A stretch of 64,000 nt of DNA from Squalus acanthias (taxonomy: Eukaryota), in contig JASTWF010000036.1 in assembly GCA_030390025.1 (NCBI GenBank), positions 1,612,001-1,676,000 of the forward strand, in the 5' to 3' direction. Shown here piece by piece: positions 26,475-38,459 of the stretch (positions are counted from its first letter, which is position 1; every line of letters begins with the position of its first letter). The notes below the pieces were generated by a model. It did no database searches. It worked only from the letters and a program-made list of their open reading frames with translations, and was not told the origin of the DNA. The translations under genes and the position numbers were made by a program.

Positions 26475-27367
26475 GGGGGGAAAATTCAGTATCGCCCCGT
26501 TTGGGGCGCAATTATCGGCCGGGCGCAAAGATTAGCGCCTGGCGCTAATTATCGCCTCCGACTGCAAACTTGACTTTTATCGCCCCTGGAGGTGATTGGA
26601 GCGCTAAATCAGGCGCTTCACACCTGTCTTAAGGCGCAAAGGCCGAGGAGCGAGGCACTAACTCAGAGCGCTGGCGAAGCTCATGTGATGTCAGTCAGCA
26701 ATAGAACACAAACACAATGGCGCCGGCCAGTTCTTAAAGGGGAGGGTTGGTCTTGCTTTCCATCCACATCCTGCTCATTGCAGCCTTGAATCTCGGCCTG
26801 GAGAGACCTGTACATCAAATCTGCTGGAAAGAACAATGGAGAGAACCAGGGAAAGAGCTCAGAGTGCAACCCCCACACTCTGTTCTAAATCGATGCAAGG
26901 AAGGGCAAATCAAAATGAACCTGCAAAGTGCTGCTCAGTACCCAAAACTCCTTAACACAGCGTTGAATCGCTCCAGAAGTCTCTCTCGCTCTCTCTCAGA
27001 ATGCGTGGTTCAAAAATGTCACCAACAAAAAAAGGCAGGAAGCGGCCGCCTTTAAATAGCGCTCCCCCAGTCCCTTCCTGACTGCAAAACGCTCCCCTCA
27101 ACCTGTCGTTGCTAGCGGCAGGCGGTAAGGCAGGGGGCGCCACTCAATATCCACTCCAGGGCGCTACCGGGGCGTTGCGCACTCGACTGACGTCACGATC
27201 TGCCGGCGCAGGAGATCGTGGCGGTAGTGTTTAGCACCGCCGCAAAATTTCTAGTTAATTTTGCGAGCAGCGCAAACATCGCCGCGCCCGGGCGCTAGTT
27301 GCTTTGCGCCCCATTAGCGCCCTCTTCAGGCGCTAACGGGAGGCGCAACCAACTGAATTTTTCCCCC
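26475..27367. mobile_element. GC/CpG-rich MITE, PIF/Harbinger-like
   Basis: TIR GGGGGGAAAATTCAGT / ACTGAATTTTTCCCCC (15/16) with 3-bp duplication TTG. Many GGCGCT/AGCGCC subterminal motifs. Confidence 0.82.
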
Positions 27368-27583
27368 TTGGGCCCATATATAATTCTTATTTTTTACTAA
27401 ACACAAATTGTACAGCCCCTCACCCGCTGTCTATAATATGCCACCTTCGAAGTAACTTTTTTAAATTCTGTTTTTTTTCCTCCTACAAGCTGTTTTTTGC
27501 CAATGGCCATCATTCATGCGTAGAGTTTCTGTAGAAACTGTCTTTGGATACCAGGTTTTAGTGGAACACCACTGTGGTCTACG

Positions 27584-28243
27584 GAAGGGTTAGATTATGA
27601 GGAGAGATTATGTCAACTCGGCTTGTATTCCCTGGGTTAAGGGGTCATTTGATTGAGGTTTTAGGACTTTGAAAGGAATTGATCGGGTAGATAGAAACTT
27701 TTTCCACTGGTGGGGGGAATCTAGGACAAGGGGATCTAACCTTAAAATCAGAGCCAGGCCACTCAGGAGAGAAGTTAGGAAACACTTCTTCACGCAAAGA
27801 AAGACTTGCATTTATATAGCGCCTTTCACGACCACCGGACGTCTCAAAGCACTTTATAGCCAATGAAGTACTTTTTTTTGAAGTGTAGTCACTGTTGTAA
27901 TGTGGGAAACGCGGCAGCCAATTTGCGCACAGCAAGCTCCCACAAACAGCAATGTGATAATGGCCAGATAATCTGTTTTTGTAATATTGGTTGAGGGATT
28001 CATATTGGCCAGGACACCGGGGATATAGAAGTGTAAAACTCTCTCCCACAAAAAGCAGTAGATGCCAGCTCAATTAATAATTTTAAACCTGAGATTGATA
28101 GATTTTTGCTAGCCAAGGGTATTAAGGGATATGCAGCCAAGGCGGGTGGATGGAGTTAGGATACAGATCAACCATGGTCTGATTGAATGGTGGAACAGGC
28201 TCAAGGGGCTGAATGGCCTCCTCCTGTCCCCATGTTCCTATGT
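27584..28243 (+). mobile_element. CR1 LINE 3' end interrupted by a minus-strand Deu-SINE (~27798-28023)
   Basis: ORF ...KGIDRVDR...ESRTRGSNLKIRARPLRREVRKHFFTQR is broken by the SINE tail AAAGACTTGCATTTATATAGCGCC. The CR1 resumes at TAGAAGTG. Confidence 0.88.
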
Positions 28244-28569
28244 CTGACGAGGTGCCACAGTGAATGCCAGCAAACCCTTTCTCCCCATGAGGTCCATGAG
28301 GCTGATATGAAGAGCGTTGATGCCCACATGCACTCGAGGGAACCCTGCCACCTCGTGAAAGCTGTGTCCTGTTCAGCTGATGCCTCCTTTCCAGAGAAAC
28401 AGTAATAAAGATGTTGCCTTTTGCAAACACAGTGCTCATCGCTTCCCCGATAAGAGGTGTGCATTACAGACTGCCTGATGTGGCAGAGGTCTTTTGGTCT
28501 TTGACCCTGACGGTGACTGTACAGTGCTGCTCTCACTGTTTTCATTCTCAATGTTGCCACGTTTGGTCA

Positions 28570-28814
28570 TAGAAAGAAAAGAAAGACTTGCATTTCTATA
28601 GCACCTTTCACGACCATCGGAGGTCTCAAAGCGCTTTACAGCCAATGAAGTACTGTTTGAAGTGTAGTCGCTGTTGTAATGTGGGAAACGCAGCAGCCAA
28701 TCTGCACACAGCAAGCTCCCACAAACAGCAATGTGATAATGATCAGATCATCTGTTTTAGTGATGTTGGTTGAGGGATAAATATTGGCCCCGGGACACCG
28801 GGGAGAACTCCCCT
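28570..28814 (-). mobile_element. Deu-SINE 3' half
   Basis: Match to the SINE tail and Deu core. Confidence 0.88.
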
Positions 28815-29540
28815 GAAGAGAAGTGGGTATTCACTCACAATACCTTATTCCAACATTCAATTAAACCCCTGATAAGGCATCATGTACATAAATCTCACCC
28901 ACTCCAACTTCACACAAGAACAACTACTTTTGTCTGATGCATTCATAGTTAGATATTCTTTTTTAAGAAGCCATTAAATGCCCTGCAACATCCACCGATT
29001 TAAATATGTGCTCCAGAAACTTCCATTGTCATTATTGGCTCTCTAATTCTTGCTGAGATTGCATAAATATGCATTTTAAAAGGCAGTCTGTACATAGCTA
29101 ATCACATTACAAAGTCAGATTCCGAAGAATAAAGGATTAGATTCTCCCTCCCCGCCACGTTATGTGGCTATTAGTGCTGAACCTCATTTAATGATTTTTT
29201 TTAAAGATATTAATCTATCTGGTAGCTGTTACCTCCCCTCCTATGTTCTCTTTTCAATTTGACCCAGTTCCATATTTTTCAGTGATACTCAAGCCATCGG
29301 AGAAGAGTAGACAATGGTGAGAGTGACATTGCTTTCTGGTTTCATGACTCAGAAATGCTGTGTAACTCCATGGGCGCAAGTAAGTCAAGATGGCCTACTT
29401 CACCAGTGAAAGGAAAACATTTTTTAAAAATAGATATTTTTACGTAGAATTTACAGCACAGAAACAGGCCATTCGGCCAAACTGGCCGATGCTCCACATG
29501 AGCCTCCTCCCACCCTACTTCATCTCACCCTATCAGCATA

Positions 29541-30773
29541 TCAACATCGAGTTCAACAATTTCAGACCATAACCTTTGCCCCTATTTTTTCGGATGGCAG
29601 CTGTTGATGATTCTGCCATTGCCATTTACACCTCCTCTAGATCCATCTTTTGTTTCTTTACTTGTCCCGTTACCGTCTCCTATTGCCTCGCACCATCATC
29701 CCTTTTGTCGTTTAATCTCTCCTGCCTTCCACCCTCTCACAGACCTTCCCTTTTGTTCTTTCCTCCCCTCTCCCCTTTCCCTGCCCCTGCTTAAAACCTG
29801 TTAAATCTCTAACTTTTTCCAGTTCTGATGAAAGGTCATTGACCTGAAATGTCGGGCTGGATTTTGTGAATGGAGACAAGTTGGAGGCGGGACAGCTGCT
29901 TGTCGTGTCAATGTCCCGCCTCCATCCTCGCCTGACCAACCAGAGGGAGTTTCCCCTGATTGAGCTTGTTAAGCCCATCCTGCGGGCTCAGCAGGCCAAT
30001 TAGGGAGGAAGTCACTGACAGAGCACGTCAACGTCAGACGTGCTATCTGTCAAGACTTCTTGAAAGAAGAAATGTCAGCGTTTGACAGCTCTGTGAAGCT
30101 GTCAAACACTGACATTCTCTTTAGTTTGATGAGCCCTTGTGTTCAGGACTCATCAAACCTTTCAACTTTGTAAATTTCACATGGCTGTTGGTTCGGAGGA
30201 TCCAACAGCCAGTCTGTGAAATTGATAAGGAGGATGTCGGGTCTCCCGATCCAGAGAGGATGAAGGCTGTAGGAAGGAAACCTAGGTAAGTGAACATTTT
30301 TAAAAACTTATCACTCACCTTCCATACTTACCACTCCACACTTGCACCCATCACTCACCTCTACATCTTACTTCCAGGTGCCTCCGACCGCCGCAGACCT
30401 CCTCCACGTCTCCTCCAACCCGGCGGGGTTCTCCGAGGTCGGGAAGCCTTCACCTGTGAAGGTAAAATGGCACTAATCCTTTTTTCTGCCTGTTAACTAC
30501 CTGTTAACAGGCAGTTAAAAGTATTAAATGCCTTTCCCGCCTCCAGGAGACGGGACCCCTAGCAGCACAACATCCCACCTCCTGGCAAAAGGGCACGGAG
30601 GCGGGATGGGGGCGGGTTTGCCATCCGCCCACTTTCTCCGAGTTTACCGGCTGTCCCGCCTCCATGCCCGCCTCCTCGGGGCTTGGAAAATCCAGCCCGT
30701 TAACTCTGTTTCTCTCTCCACAGATGCTGCCTGACCTGCTGAGCATTTCCAGCATTTTCTGTTTTTATTTCAG
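29541..30773 (+). mobile_element. Penelope-like element 3' portion, itself interrupted by a MITE
   Basis: AACATCGAGTTCAACAATTTCAG...CTGATGAAAGGTCATTGACCTGAAA|GTTAACTCTGTTTCTCTCTCCACAGATGCTGCCTGACCTGCTGAG. The CTGATGA...GAAAC motif is typical of Penelope terminal regions. Confidence 0.75.
29854..30698. mobile_element. MITE, PIF/Harbinger-like
   Basis: Perfect 12-bp TIR GGGCTGGATTTT / AAAATCCAGCCC with an imperfect 3-bp duplication GTC/GTT. Removing it restores the Penelope motif. Confidence 0.82.
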
Positions 30774-30902
30774 CATACCCTTCTATTCCTTTCTCCCTCA
30801 TGTGCTTATCTAGCTTCCCCTTAAATGCATCTATGCTATTCGCCTCAACCACTCCTTGTTTGTTCTTGGGATGTGAGTAAAGCTGGCAGTGCCGCAGTTA
30901 GT

Positions 30903-32026
30903 ACAACAACAACAACTTGTATTTATATAGCGCCTTTAATGTAGTAAGACGTCCCAAGGTGCTTCACAGGAATGTTATAAGACAAAAAAAATTTGACACC
31001 GAGCCACATAAGGAGAAATTAGGGCAGGTGACCAAAAGCTTGGTTTTAAGGAGCGTCTTAAAGAAAAAAGAAAGACTTGCATTTCTATAGCGCCTTTCAC
31101 GACCACCGGACGTCTCAAAGGGCTTTACAGCCAATGAAGTACTTTTGAAGTGGAGTCACTGTTGTAATGTGGGAAACGCAGCAGACAATTTGCGCACAGC
31201 AAGCTCCCACAAACACCAATGTGATAATGACCAGATCATCTGTTTATTTTTTGTTGGTTGAGGGATAAATATTGGCCAGGACACCGGGGAGAACTCCCCT
31301 GCTCTTCTTCGAAATAGTGCCACAGGATCTTTTACGTCCACCTGAGAGAGCAGACGGGGCCTCGGTTTAACATCTCATCCGAAAGACGGCACCTCCAACG
31401 GTGCAGCACTCCCTCAGCACTGCACTGGAGTGTCAGCCTAGCTTTATGTGCTCAAGTCCCTGGAGTGGGACTTGAACCCACAACCTTCTGACTCAGAGGC
31501 GAGTGTGCTACCCACTGAGCCACAGCTGACACTAAAGGAGGAAAGAGAGGTAGAGAGGTGGAGAGGTTTAGGGAGGGAATTCCAGAGCTTAGGGCCCAGG
31601 CAACAGAAGGCACAGCCACCAAAGGTTGAGCGATTATAATCAGGGATGCTCAAGAGGGCAGAATTAGAGGAGCGCAGATATCTCGGAAGGTTGTGGGGTT
31701 GAAGGAGATTACAGAGATAGGAAGGGGCAAGGTCATGGAGGGATTTGAAAACAAGGATGAGAATTTTGAAATCAAGGCGCTGCTTAACTGGGAGCCAATG
31801 GAGGTCAGCGAGCACAGGGGTGATGGGCAAACGGGACTTGGTGTGAGTTAGGACACGGGGCAGCCGAGTTTTGGATGACCTCAAGTTTACGTAGGGTAGA
31901 ATGTGGGAGGCCAGCCAGGAATGCGTTGGAAGAGTCAAGTCTAGAGGTAACAAAGGCAGGGATGAGGATTTCAGCAGCGGATGAGGTGAGGCAAGGGCGG
32001 AGACGGGCGATGTTACGGAGGTGGAA
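30903..32026 (-). mobile_element. L2 LINE 3' ~650 bp interrupted by a full-length Deu-SINE
   Basis: Minus ORFs FHLRNIARLRP...AFVTSRLD and PITPVLADLHWLPVKQRLDFKILILVFKSLHDLAPSYL...PKLWNSLP are diagnostic of L2 ORF2. Confidence 0.93.
31064..31532 (-). mobile_element. Full-length Deu-SINE with 5-bp TSD TAAAG
   Basis: A/B boxes at the right end and tail at the left. TAAAG at 31059-31063 and 31533-31537. Confidence 0.9.
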
Positions 32027-32029
32027 ACC

Positions 32030-32380
32030 CATCCCCATTGCTGTAAGAAGGTGTTAGTGGGCCTTCTGCTTTGTAGCTATTATTTGTGCAGTTGAGTGGC
32101 TTGCTTGACTACTTCAGAGGGCCTCAGAGTCAAACCTGTAGTGTGGCACTGTGGAGTCACATGTTGACCAGACCAGGTAAGGAGGGCAGGTTCCCTTCCC
32201 TGAAGTATATTCGTGAACCAGCTGGGTTTTTACCACAATCTGACACCTTCCATGGTCATTTTCCTGGCACTAACTCACAGATTGCCATACTTACTGAAGT
32301 CATTTCCATAACTTGTCATGGTGGTATTTGAACTCACGACCTCTGGATTGTTAGTCCAGTACCATAATCGCTACACGACC
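32030..32380 (-). mobile_element. Second tRNA-derived SINE family (diverged)
   Basis: Minus-strand head GGTCGTGTAGCGATTATGGTACTGGACT...GAGTTCAAATACC (A/B-box-like). The left end resembles the CR1 tail at 33621-33670. Confidence 0.55.
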
Positions 32381-32596
32381 ATGTTTAGTATTTGTGTGAC
32401 CTTGAATGACCTGACGGAGTTGTCTCATGCTGGGGCTCAGTCCCATAGGTGTTGGCAACCCTCTCATTACCTTGCCCAAGTGGCCATTGTTTGTGTGTGG
32501 GCCCAGAGAGTGGTTGGAGATGGGCCATTCAATTGTGAGGGGCACAGCACACAACCCCCATCCTTTTCTCACATGCACATTTCAGCAAGGTTCAAT

Positions 32597-33255
32597 AGGG
32601 CCAATTTTAACTTCAGGGGGATAACGGGCAGGCAGTAGAATTTGCCCGCCCGTTGTTGATGGCATGCAGCCCGAGCCATTTCAGCGGCCAAACCTCATTT
32701 ACACGCCAACGGCGCGATGCGGGCATCACGCGGGCACCTCACCGGTTGTGGGAGGGCGGGGAAACATTCCCACTCCAATGCTGAGCTAGCCGACAATGGG
32801 AACCGGGGGGGGGGGTGGAGGGGGGAAGGAGGGGCGGAGGTGAACCGTGGGTGGGGGAGGAGAGGGTGGAGTGGTCATCTTATGAGAGGCCAGCAGTGGG
32901 GTTGGAGTTTTATGTGGACCCAGGAGGAGCAGTCCTTCTCTTCCTGGCCTCACCAAGAAAAAATTAAACATTTGAAAAAGTCGATAACCAGATTTAAGCT
33001 GAGACAGTGGAACTAACTGGATTGCTCTATGACAGAGCCGGCGCAGACTCGATGGGCTGAATGGCCTCCTTCTCTGCTGTACTATTCTATGATTCTATTG
33101 CCTGGGCCATTTTCTGAATGGTCTCCAGTGGTCCCATTAAGGACCACTGCTTCGCCACTCAAAGCCTGCTACAAATGGGCGGAAACAGGCGGGTGCTTTG
33201 ACCGCGCTACCCAAGATGGTGGCAGCCTGCGGCAGAGCGAATTCAAATTGGCCCT
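32597..33255. mobile_element. MITE, PIF/Harbinger-like, carrying a CR1 tail (~32985-33097)
   Basis: TIR AGGGCCAATTT / AAATTGGCCCT with 3-bp duplication AAT. Confidence 0.78.
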
Positions 33256-33570
33256 AATGGATTTTTTTTGTCCCTTTCCCTCACCAGAGCACTGAGGTCA
33301 GTCATCAAAACCCTACTGCTGCCCCTAACTATACAGAAACTGGGGATAAAACCTAGAACCATTCTGGTCTGGATGTCTGGGTCCCACAGTGGGCAGTGTT
33401 TTTAGCAACAGAGGGGGGCAGGGATAGTACCATCTCGTTATTGCTAAAGAGAGAAAATATCCTCCTCAATTTGCAGTATGTGGTAGACAAACTTTTTCTC
33501 CAGTGACATTATTAGCAATTTGTTATTTCTCTGGTCAGAGTAGTCTGTGATTATTTATTCAGGTTACCTC

Positions 33571-34266
33571 TTTTTTTAAATTCATTCATGGGATGTGGGC
33601 GTCGCTGGCAAGGCCAGCATTTATTGCCCATCCCTAGTTGCCCTCGAGAAGGTGGTGGTGAGCCGCCTTCTTGAACCGCTGCAGTCCGTGTGGTGAAGGT
33701 ACTCCCACAGTGCTGTTAGGGAGTTCCAGGATTTTGACCCAGCGACTGTGAAGGATCGACGATATATTTCAAAGTCAGGATGGCGTGTGACTTGGAGGGG
33801 AACTTGGAGGTGGTGGTGTTCCCATGCGCCTGCTGCCCTTGTCCTTCTAGGTGGTGGAGGTCGCGGGTTTGGGAGGTGCTGTCGAAGAAGCCTTGGCGAG
33901 TTGCTGCAGTGCATCTTGTAGATGGTACACACTGCAGCCACGGTACGCCGGTGGTGGAGGGAGTGAATGTTTAAGGTGGTGGATGGGGTGCCAATCAAGC
34001 AGGCTGCTTTGTCCTGCATGGTGTCGAGCTTCTTGAGTGTTGTTGGAGCTGCACTCATCCAGGCAAGTGGAGAGTATTCCATCACACTCCTGACTTGTGC
34101 CTTGTAGATGGTGGAAAGGCTTTGGGGAGTCAGGAGGTGAGACATTTGCCGCAGAATACCCAGCCTCTGACCTGCTCTTGTTGCCACAGTATTTATGTGG
34201 CTGGTCCAGTTAAGTTTCTGGTCAATGGTGACCCCCAGGATGTTGATGGTGGGGGATTCGGCGATG
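33571..34266 (-). mobile_element. CR1-group LINE 3' end (same family as 56488-57539)
   Basis: Minus ORF ESPTINILGVTIDQKLNWTSHI...YKAQVRSVMEYSPLAW... with an A-rich tail. Confidence 0.92.
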
Positions 34267-34602
34267 TTTATCTGTGAACGGATTGTAGTCAATAATGTCA
34301 GAGCAAACATGTTTGAAGCTTGGCCCTAACATCATTAGCAAAGTTGGAAAGGGAAAATGACTTGGGTGCAATTATTGATCTTTCGCTAAACGTATTCACT
34401 CACTGTGAAACTATTATCAGCAAAGCTGATCAAATGCCGGGGGACGTCTCAAGGGCATTTGACCATCAGTCAAAAGAAATTATTTAAACTATCTGCCGGT
34501 CACTGCTGACACCAAATTTGGAGTATTAACCGAGAAATGACCGTTGCCTTGATGTGGAGGGCAGCTACTCTCACCTCTGTGGCATTCAGCTCTGGTGTCC
34601 AT

Positions 34603-35054
34603 GTCTAGATCAAAGCTGTGATGAGGTCTGGAACTGAGTGGTTCTGGCAGAACCCAAACTAAGCATCAGTAAGAAAGAAAGGACTCGCATTTCTATAGCG
34701 TCTTTCACGACCTCAGGACGTCCCAAAGCACTTCACAGCCACTGAAGTACTTTTGGAGTGTAGTCACTGTTGTAATGTAGGAAATGCAGCAGCCAATTTG
34801 CGAACAGCAAGCTCCCACAAACAGCAATGTGATAATGACCAGATAATCTGTTTTTAATTATGTTGGTTGAGGGACAAATAATGGCCAGGACGCATTGGTA
34901 GGTTATTGATGAGTGGGTAGTGCTTAATGGCTCTATTGATGACTCCTTCCATCACTTTACTGATAATTGGGAGGAGACTGATCGGGCAATAATTGGCTGG
35001 GTTAGATTTATCCTGTTTTTTGTGAATCGGATATACCTGGGCAATCTTCCATAT
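34603..35054 (-). mobile_element. Degraded CR1-group RT fragment interrupted by a Deu-SINE 3' half (~34672-34892)
   Basis: Minus strand reads WKIAQVYPIHKKQDKSNPANYCPISLLPIISKVMEG (non-LTR RT domain 0/1 motif). Confidence 0.8.
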
Positions 35055-36506
35055 TCCTGGAGACTCCAGGTCAATCCTGGAGGGTTGGCAATCCTACTCA
35101 AGCAAGACTAGAGTTGAGAAAAATATTTGCTGCTGGATGTGTATTCTAGAGTTTGGCTTGATTACCTTTGGCGATCAACAGTATTTATCCAAAAGTCTCC
35201 CTCGGGAGGTTAAAGGATGGGGTCGATTATGCATGGCCTATGGAAGGACTGGGCCTGATGATCGGAATGAACCTCTTCGCACATTTATATGTCCTTGTAA
35301 TTTATCATTTAAGCAATTAAAGTGTTACTGTGGAGAAGGGGTGGGGAAACTTTGAACGCTTGGTTGCATCATGTATCCACAATACCAAGAAAAAGATGCT
35401 TTGGCATCTGAATGGTTTGACTAAAGTAAGCTCAGAATGCTCGCACCAGAGGAAGAAGAACGTTTCCCAGTAACTAAAAAGGCAGAATATGTAATTATGC
35501 GAATTTCCCCATGGAGTTAATTTATCCTAACTTCAGTATCACCGCTAATTTTAATTAGCTTTGTGTCCTCTATTCCAGGATAGAACCGACAGATTCCAGC
35601 ACAGTAACCCTTACTGTGCTAGTTAATATTCTGGCTGCCAAAAGTTGACCTTCATAGACCGTGCCTCGCCTTTGTTCGATGATGAAGCCAACACAGCTTG
35701 CTCTGCCCTCAGTGCCGACCTGCTCCGGTGCGGTTGGTGAACAGGCTATGCCACACTTGCGAACGAGCCATGAGCTGCACGGCTCCAGCAGTGAGAGGAT
35801 TGCCAGTGTGCAACCGTCCCCAATCATGCACTCATGTGCATATTAAATAAGGAGAGACGAGTGCAAAGGCAGGCAAAAAAAAAATGTTCCTTTCGCATTA
35901 ATTATACCTCCCTGTAACCATAATTAATAGCTCGCACTGTTCGATTGTAAAACCTAGAATTATGGATAAAAATATAAAAAAGGTTTCGAGGGCATCAGAC
36001 TGCAGCCGTTCAAAATATCGGGCTTTATTGTGTGTGAGTGAATGTTATTTTCTTTCCGCAAGTAAGTGATAATTAACTTGAGAGAGGAGAAAATAAATAC
36101 TCAAGATGAATTATCTGCTCTTGCTGGCTGCATGCAGTGTTCGGGAATGGGTTTAAATAAGATTCACGACGTTCCTTACTAATAATACTAAATGACGTGG
36201 AGGAGGGTGAATTTTTCAACATTTCACATCCAAAATAACTTTGTATCCGTGAAGTCTCACATCACAGCCCGGCATCCTGCAAGGCCCCTTTGCCACAGTG
36301 GTGGAGTTACACACCATCTATTCCGTGGGCTTTTAGCATTTTCTAGTCCAAGTTTCTTGTTAAAGGCAGGCAGGTAGATGAGTGAGGGCAGAAAGAGTAC
36401 AAGAAAGGGTTTGCGTTCTGAGCGCGGCGCTGAGGAAGGTGAACAGCACGCACAATATAGTTGAGTTGTTTACAAATGGAACGGTATCTAACTCACGTCT
36501 GTTATT

Positions 36507-36690
36507 TAAAAAAAAAAATTCTCGGGATATTGGCGTTTACTGCCCATCCCTAATTGCCCTTGAGAAGGTGGTGTTGAGCCGCCTTCTTGAACCGCTGCAG
36601 TCCATGTGGTGAAGGTGCTCCCACAGTGCTGTTAGGGAGGGAGTTCCAGGATTTTGACCCAGCGAATATGAAGGAACGGCTGATATATGT
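36507..36690 (-). mobile_element. CR1-group 3' tail fragment
   Basis: Matches 33571-33770. Confidence 0.85.
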
Positions 36691-36705
36691 CTTATTACTA
36701 CAATT

Positions 36706-37125
36706 ACAACAACTGGCATTTATATCGATCCTTTAACATAGTAAAACGTCCCCAGGCGCTTCACAGGAGCGTTCTCAGAGAAAATTTGACACCGAGCCAC
36801 ATAAAGAGATATTCGGACAGGTGACCAAAAGCTTGGTTCAGGAGGTAGGTTTTAAGGAGCGTCTTAAAAGAGGAGAGAGAGGCGGAGAGGTTTATGGAGG
36901 AAATTCTAGAGCTTAGGGCCGAGGCAGCTGAAGGCACAGCCGCCAGTGGTGGAGCGAAATAACTCGGGGATGCGCAAGCGGCCAGAATTGGAGGAGCACG
37001 GAGACCTCGGAGGGTTGTAGGGCTGGAGGGGGTTACAGAGATAGGGAGAGAACGAGGCCACGGAGGGATTTGAACACAAAGATGAGCGTTTTAAAATCAA
37101 GGCATTGCCGGACTGGGAGCTGGGA
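36706..37125 (-). mobile_element. L2 LINE 3' end
   Basis: Matches the L2 copies at 24723 and 30903. Minus frame YLCNPLQPYNPPRSPCSSNSG...GGCAFSCLGPKL. Confidence 0.88.
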
Positions 37126-37464
37126 GCAGGACTTATCCAAGGTGGTGTGTGACTTGTTGGTGAACTTGGAGGTGATGGTGATCCCATGGACCTTCTGCCC
37201 TTGTCTGTCTAGGTGGTGGAGGTCGTAGATTTGGCCACACATGATAAAGTACGGGAAACTTGCCGAGGCGATGCCAGGGGAAAGTGCTTCGTCTGCATGA
37301 GAAGACAAATTGTGATCTGAGAGGCCTAGAAATAGTCTAGGAACTAAGCCAATCTCAATTTCGATGCAGCAAAGTAATCTTTTGACACTTTTAACCTTGT
37401 TTGGCAATTTTGTTAACCATCTAAGCAGAATTTCCTTTGTGGGATTACCGCCGAAAGTATGAAA

Positions 37465-37660
37465 GTAAAAAGAAAAACACTGCAAATGTTCGAAATCTGA
37501 AATAAAACCAGAAGACGCTGGAAACACACAGCAGGTCAGTCAGCACCTGAAAGGAGAAAAGATGAGATAAAGCTGCTTTGTCAGAACTGGAAACTGGAAG
37601 AAAAGCAAGCCCCTTGACAGGGCTGAACCAAAGAAAGTGGGGAGGGGGGGAGAGAACAAC
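37465..37660 (-). mobile_element. Penelope-like terminal fragment
   Basis: AAATCTGAAATAAAACCAGAAGACGCTGGAAACACACAGCAGGTCAGTCAGCACCTG is a reverse match to 30720-30773. Confidence 0.65.
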
Positions 37661-38459
37661 AGGTAAAAGCCCAAAAGGCAGGAATCCTGTCAGCAAGGAG
37701 TTAATAGGTAAATGGCCAGCGAACGGGTTGGAATAAAGTAAAAAGAAGTGGAAACTGGTGGCTGATATAGGATGCTCATCTCAATAAGCTAATGGGAGAT
37801 CATTAGAAGGTCAGTAAGGCAGGAGGATATCTTAGGAAGGCAGTGCATAAGAAAGGTGCATTGAGAGGGGAAAAAATTCCAAAATGGAGGCAAATGAAGT
37901 GGAAGGAAAGGGGAGAAACAGGAAAGAGCATGGAGGAATTTTTTATAAACTGCTCAAAATCTGAAATAAAGTCCTGGAACAGTTGGAAGTGGCCCAGCGG
38001 CATTCAAATAAGGCCCAGGATTTAAAATCCACCACTCCCTGCCCTCCCAGGTCTCGAACTGAGACCAGCCATTGTGTTCACACTTGTCCCTCCCCCCACC
38101 CGCCTGAAACCCAGTCGGGGTTAAAATTGAGCTTGTGATTTTGAGGGATTGCCCTTTGTGAAGATTTGGGAGGGCAAGGGCCATTGTTGCCATGCTCCCA
38201 CTTTCAGTCCTAACCTGCTCGGTCCATTATTGGGGTGGTCTGGGTGTATTTGGAGGGGTTGGGGGCGGGGGGAGAGGGAGATAACATCCTGCGGGACTTC
38301 AGACTGCCTGGTAAATTGCAAGCTCCAGGCCGAGTCTATACATTATCCATTCTGCCTCACATAACCATAGGCCGTTTACCTTCATGCTGTAGGGAGGTTG
38401 CACTGTGCCACAATGGAACAATGCACCTTTTCACAGCTAACAGTGAGAGTTGCACTACA

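Larger units (their letters stand above)
29441..30858 (-). mobile_element. CR1 3' tail split by a Penelope-like insertion
   Basis: 29441-29540 and 30771-30858 join into the same CR1 tail seen intact at 18931-19120. TCAGCATA occurs at both junctions. Confidence 0.8.
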
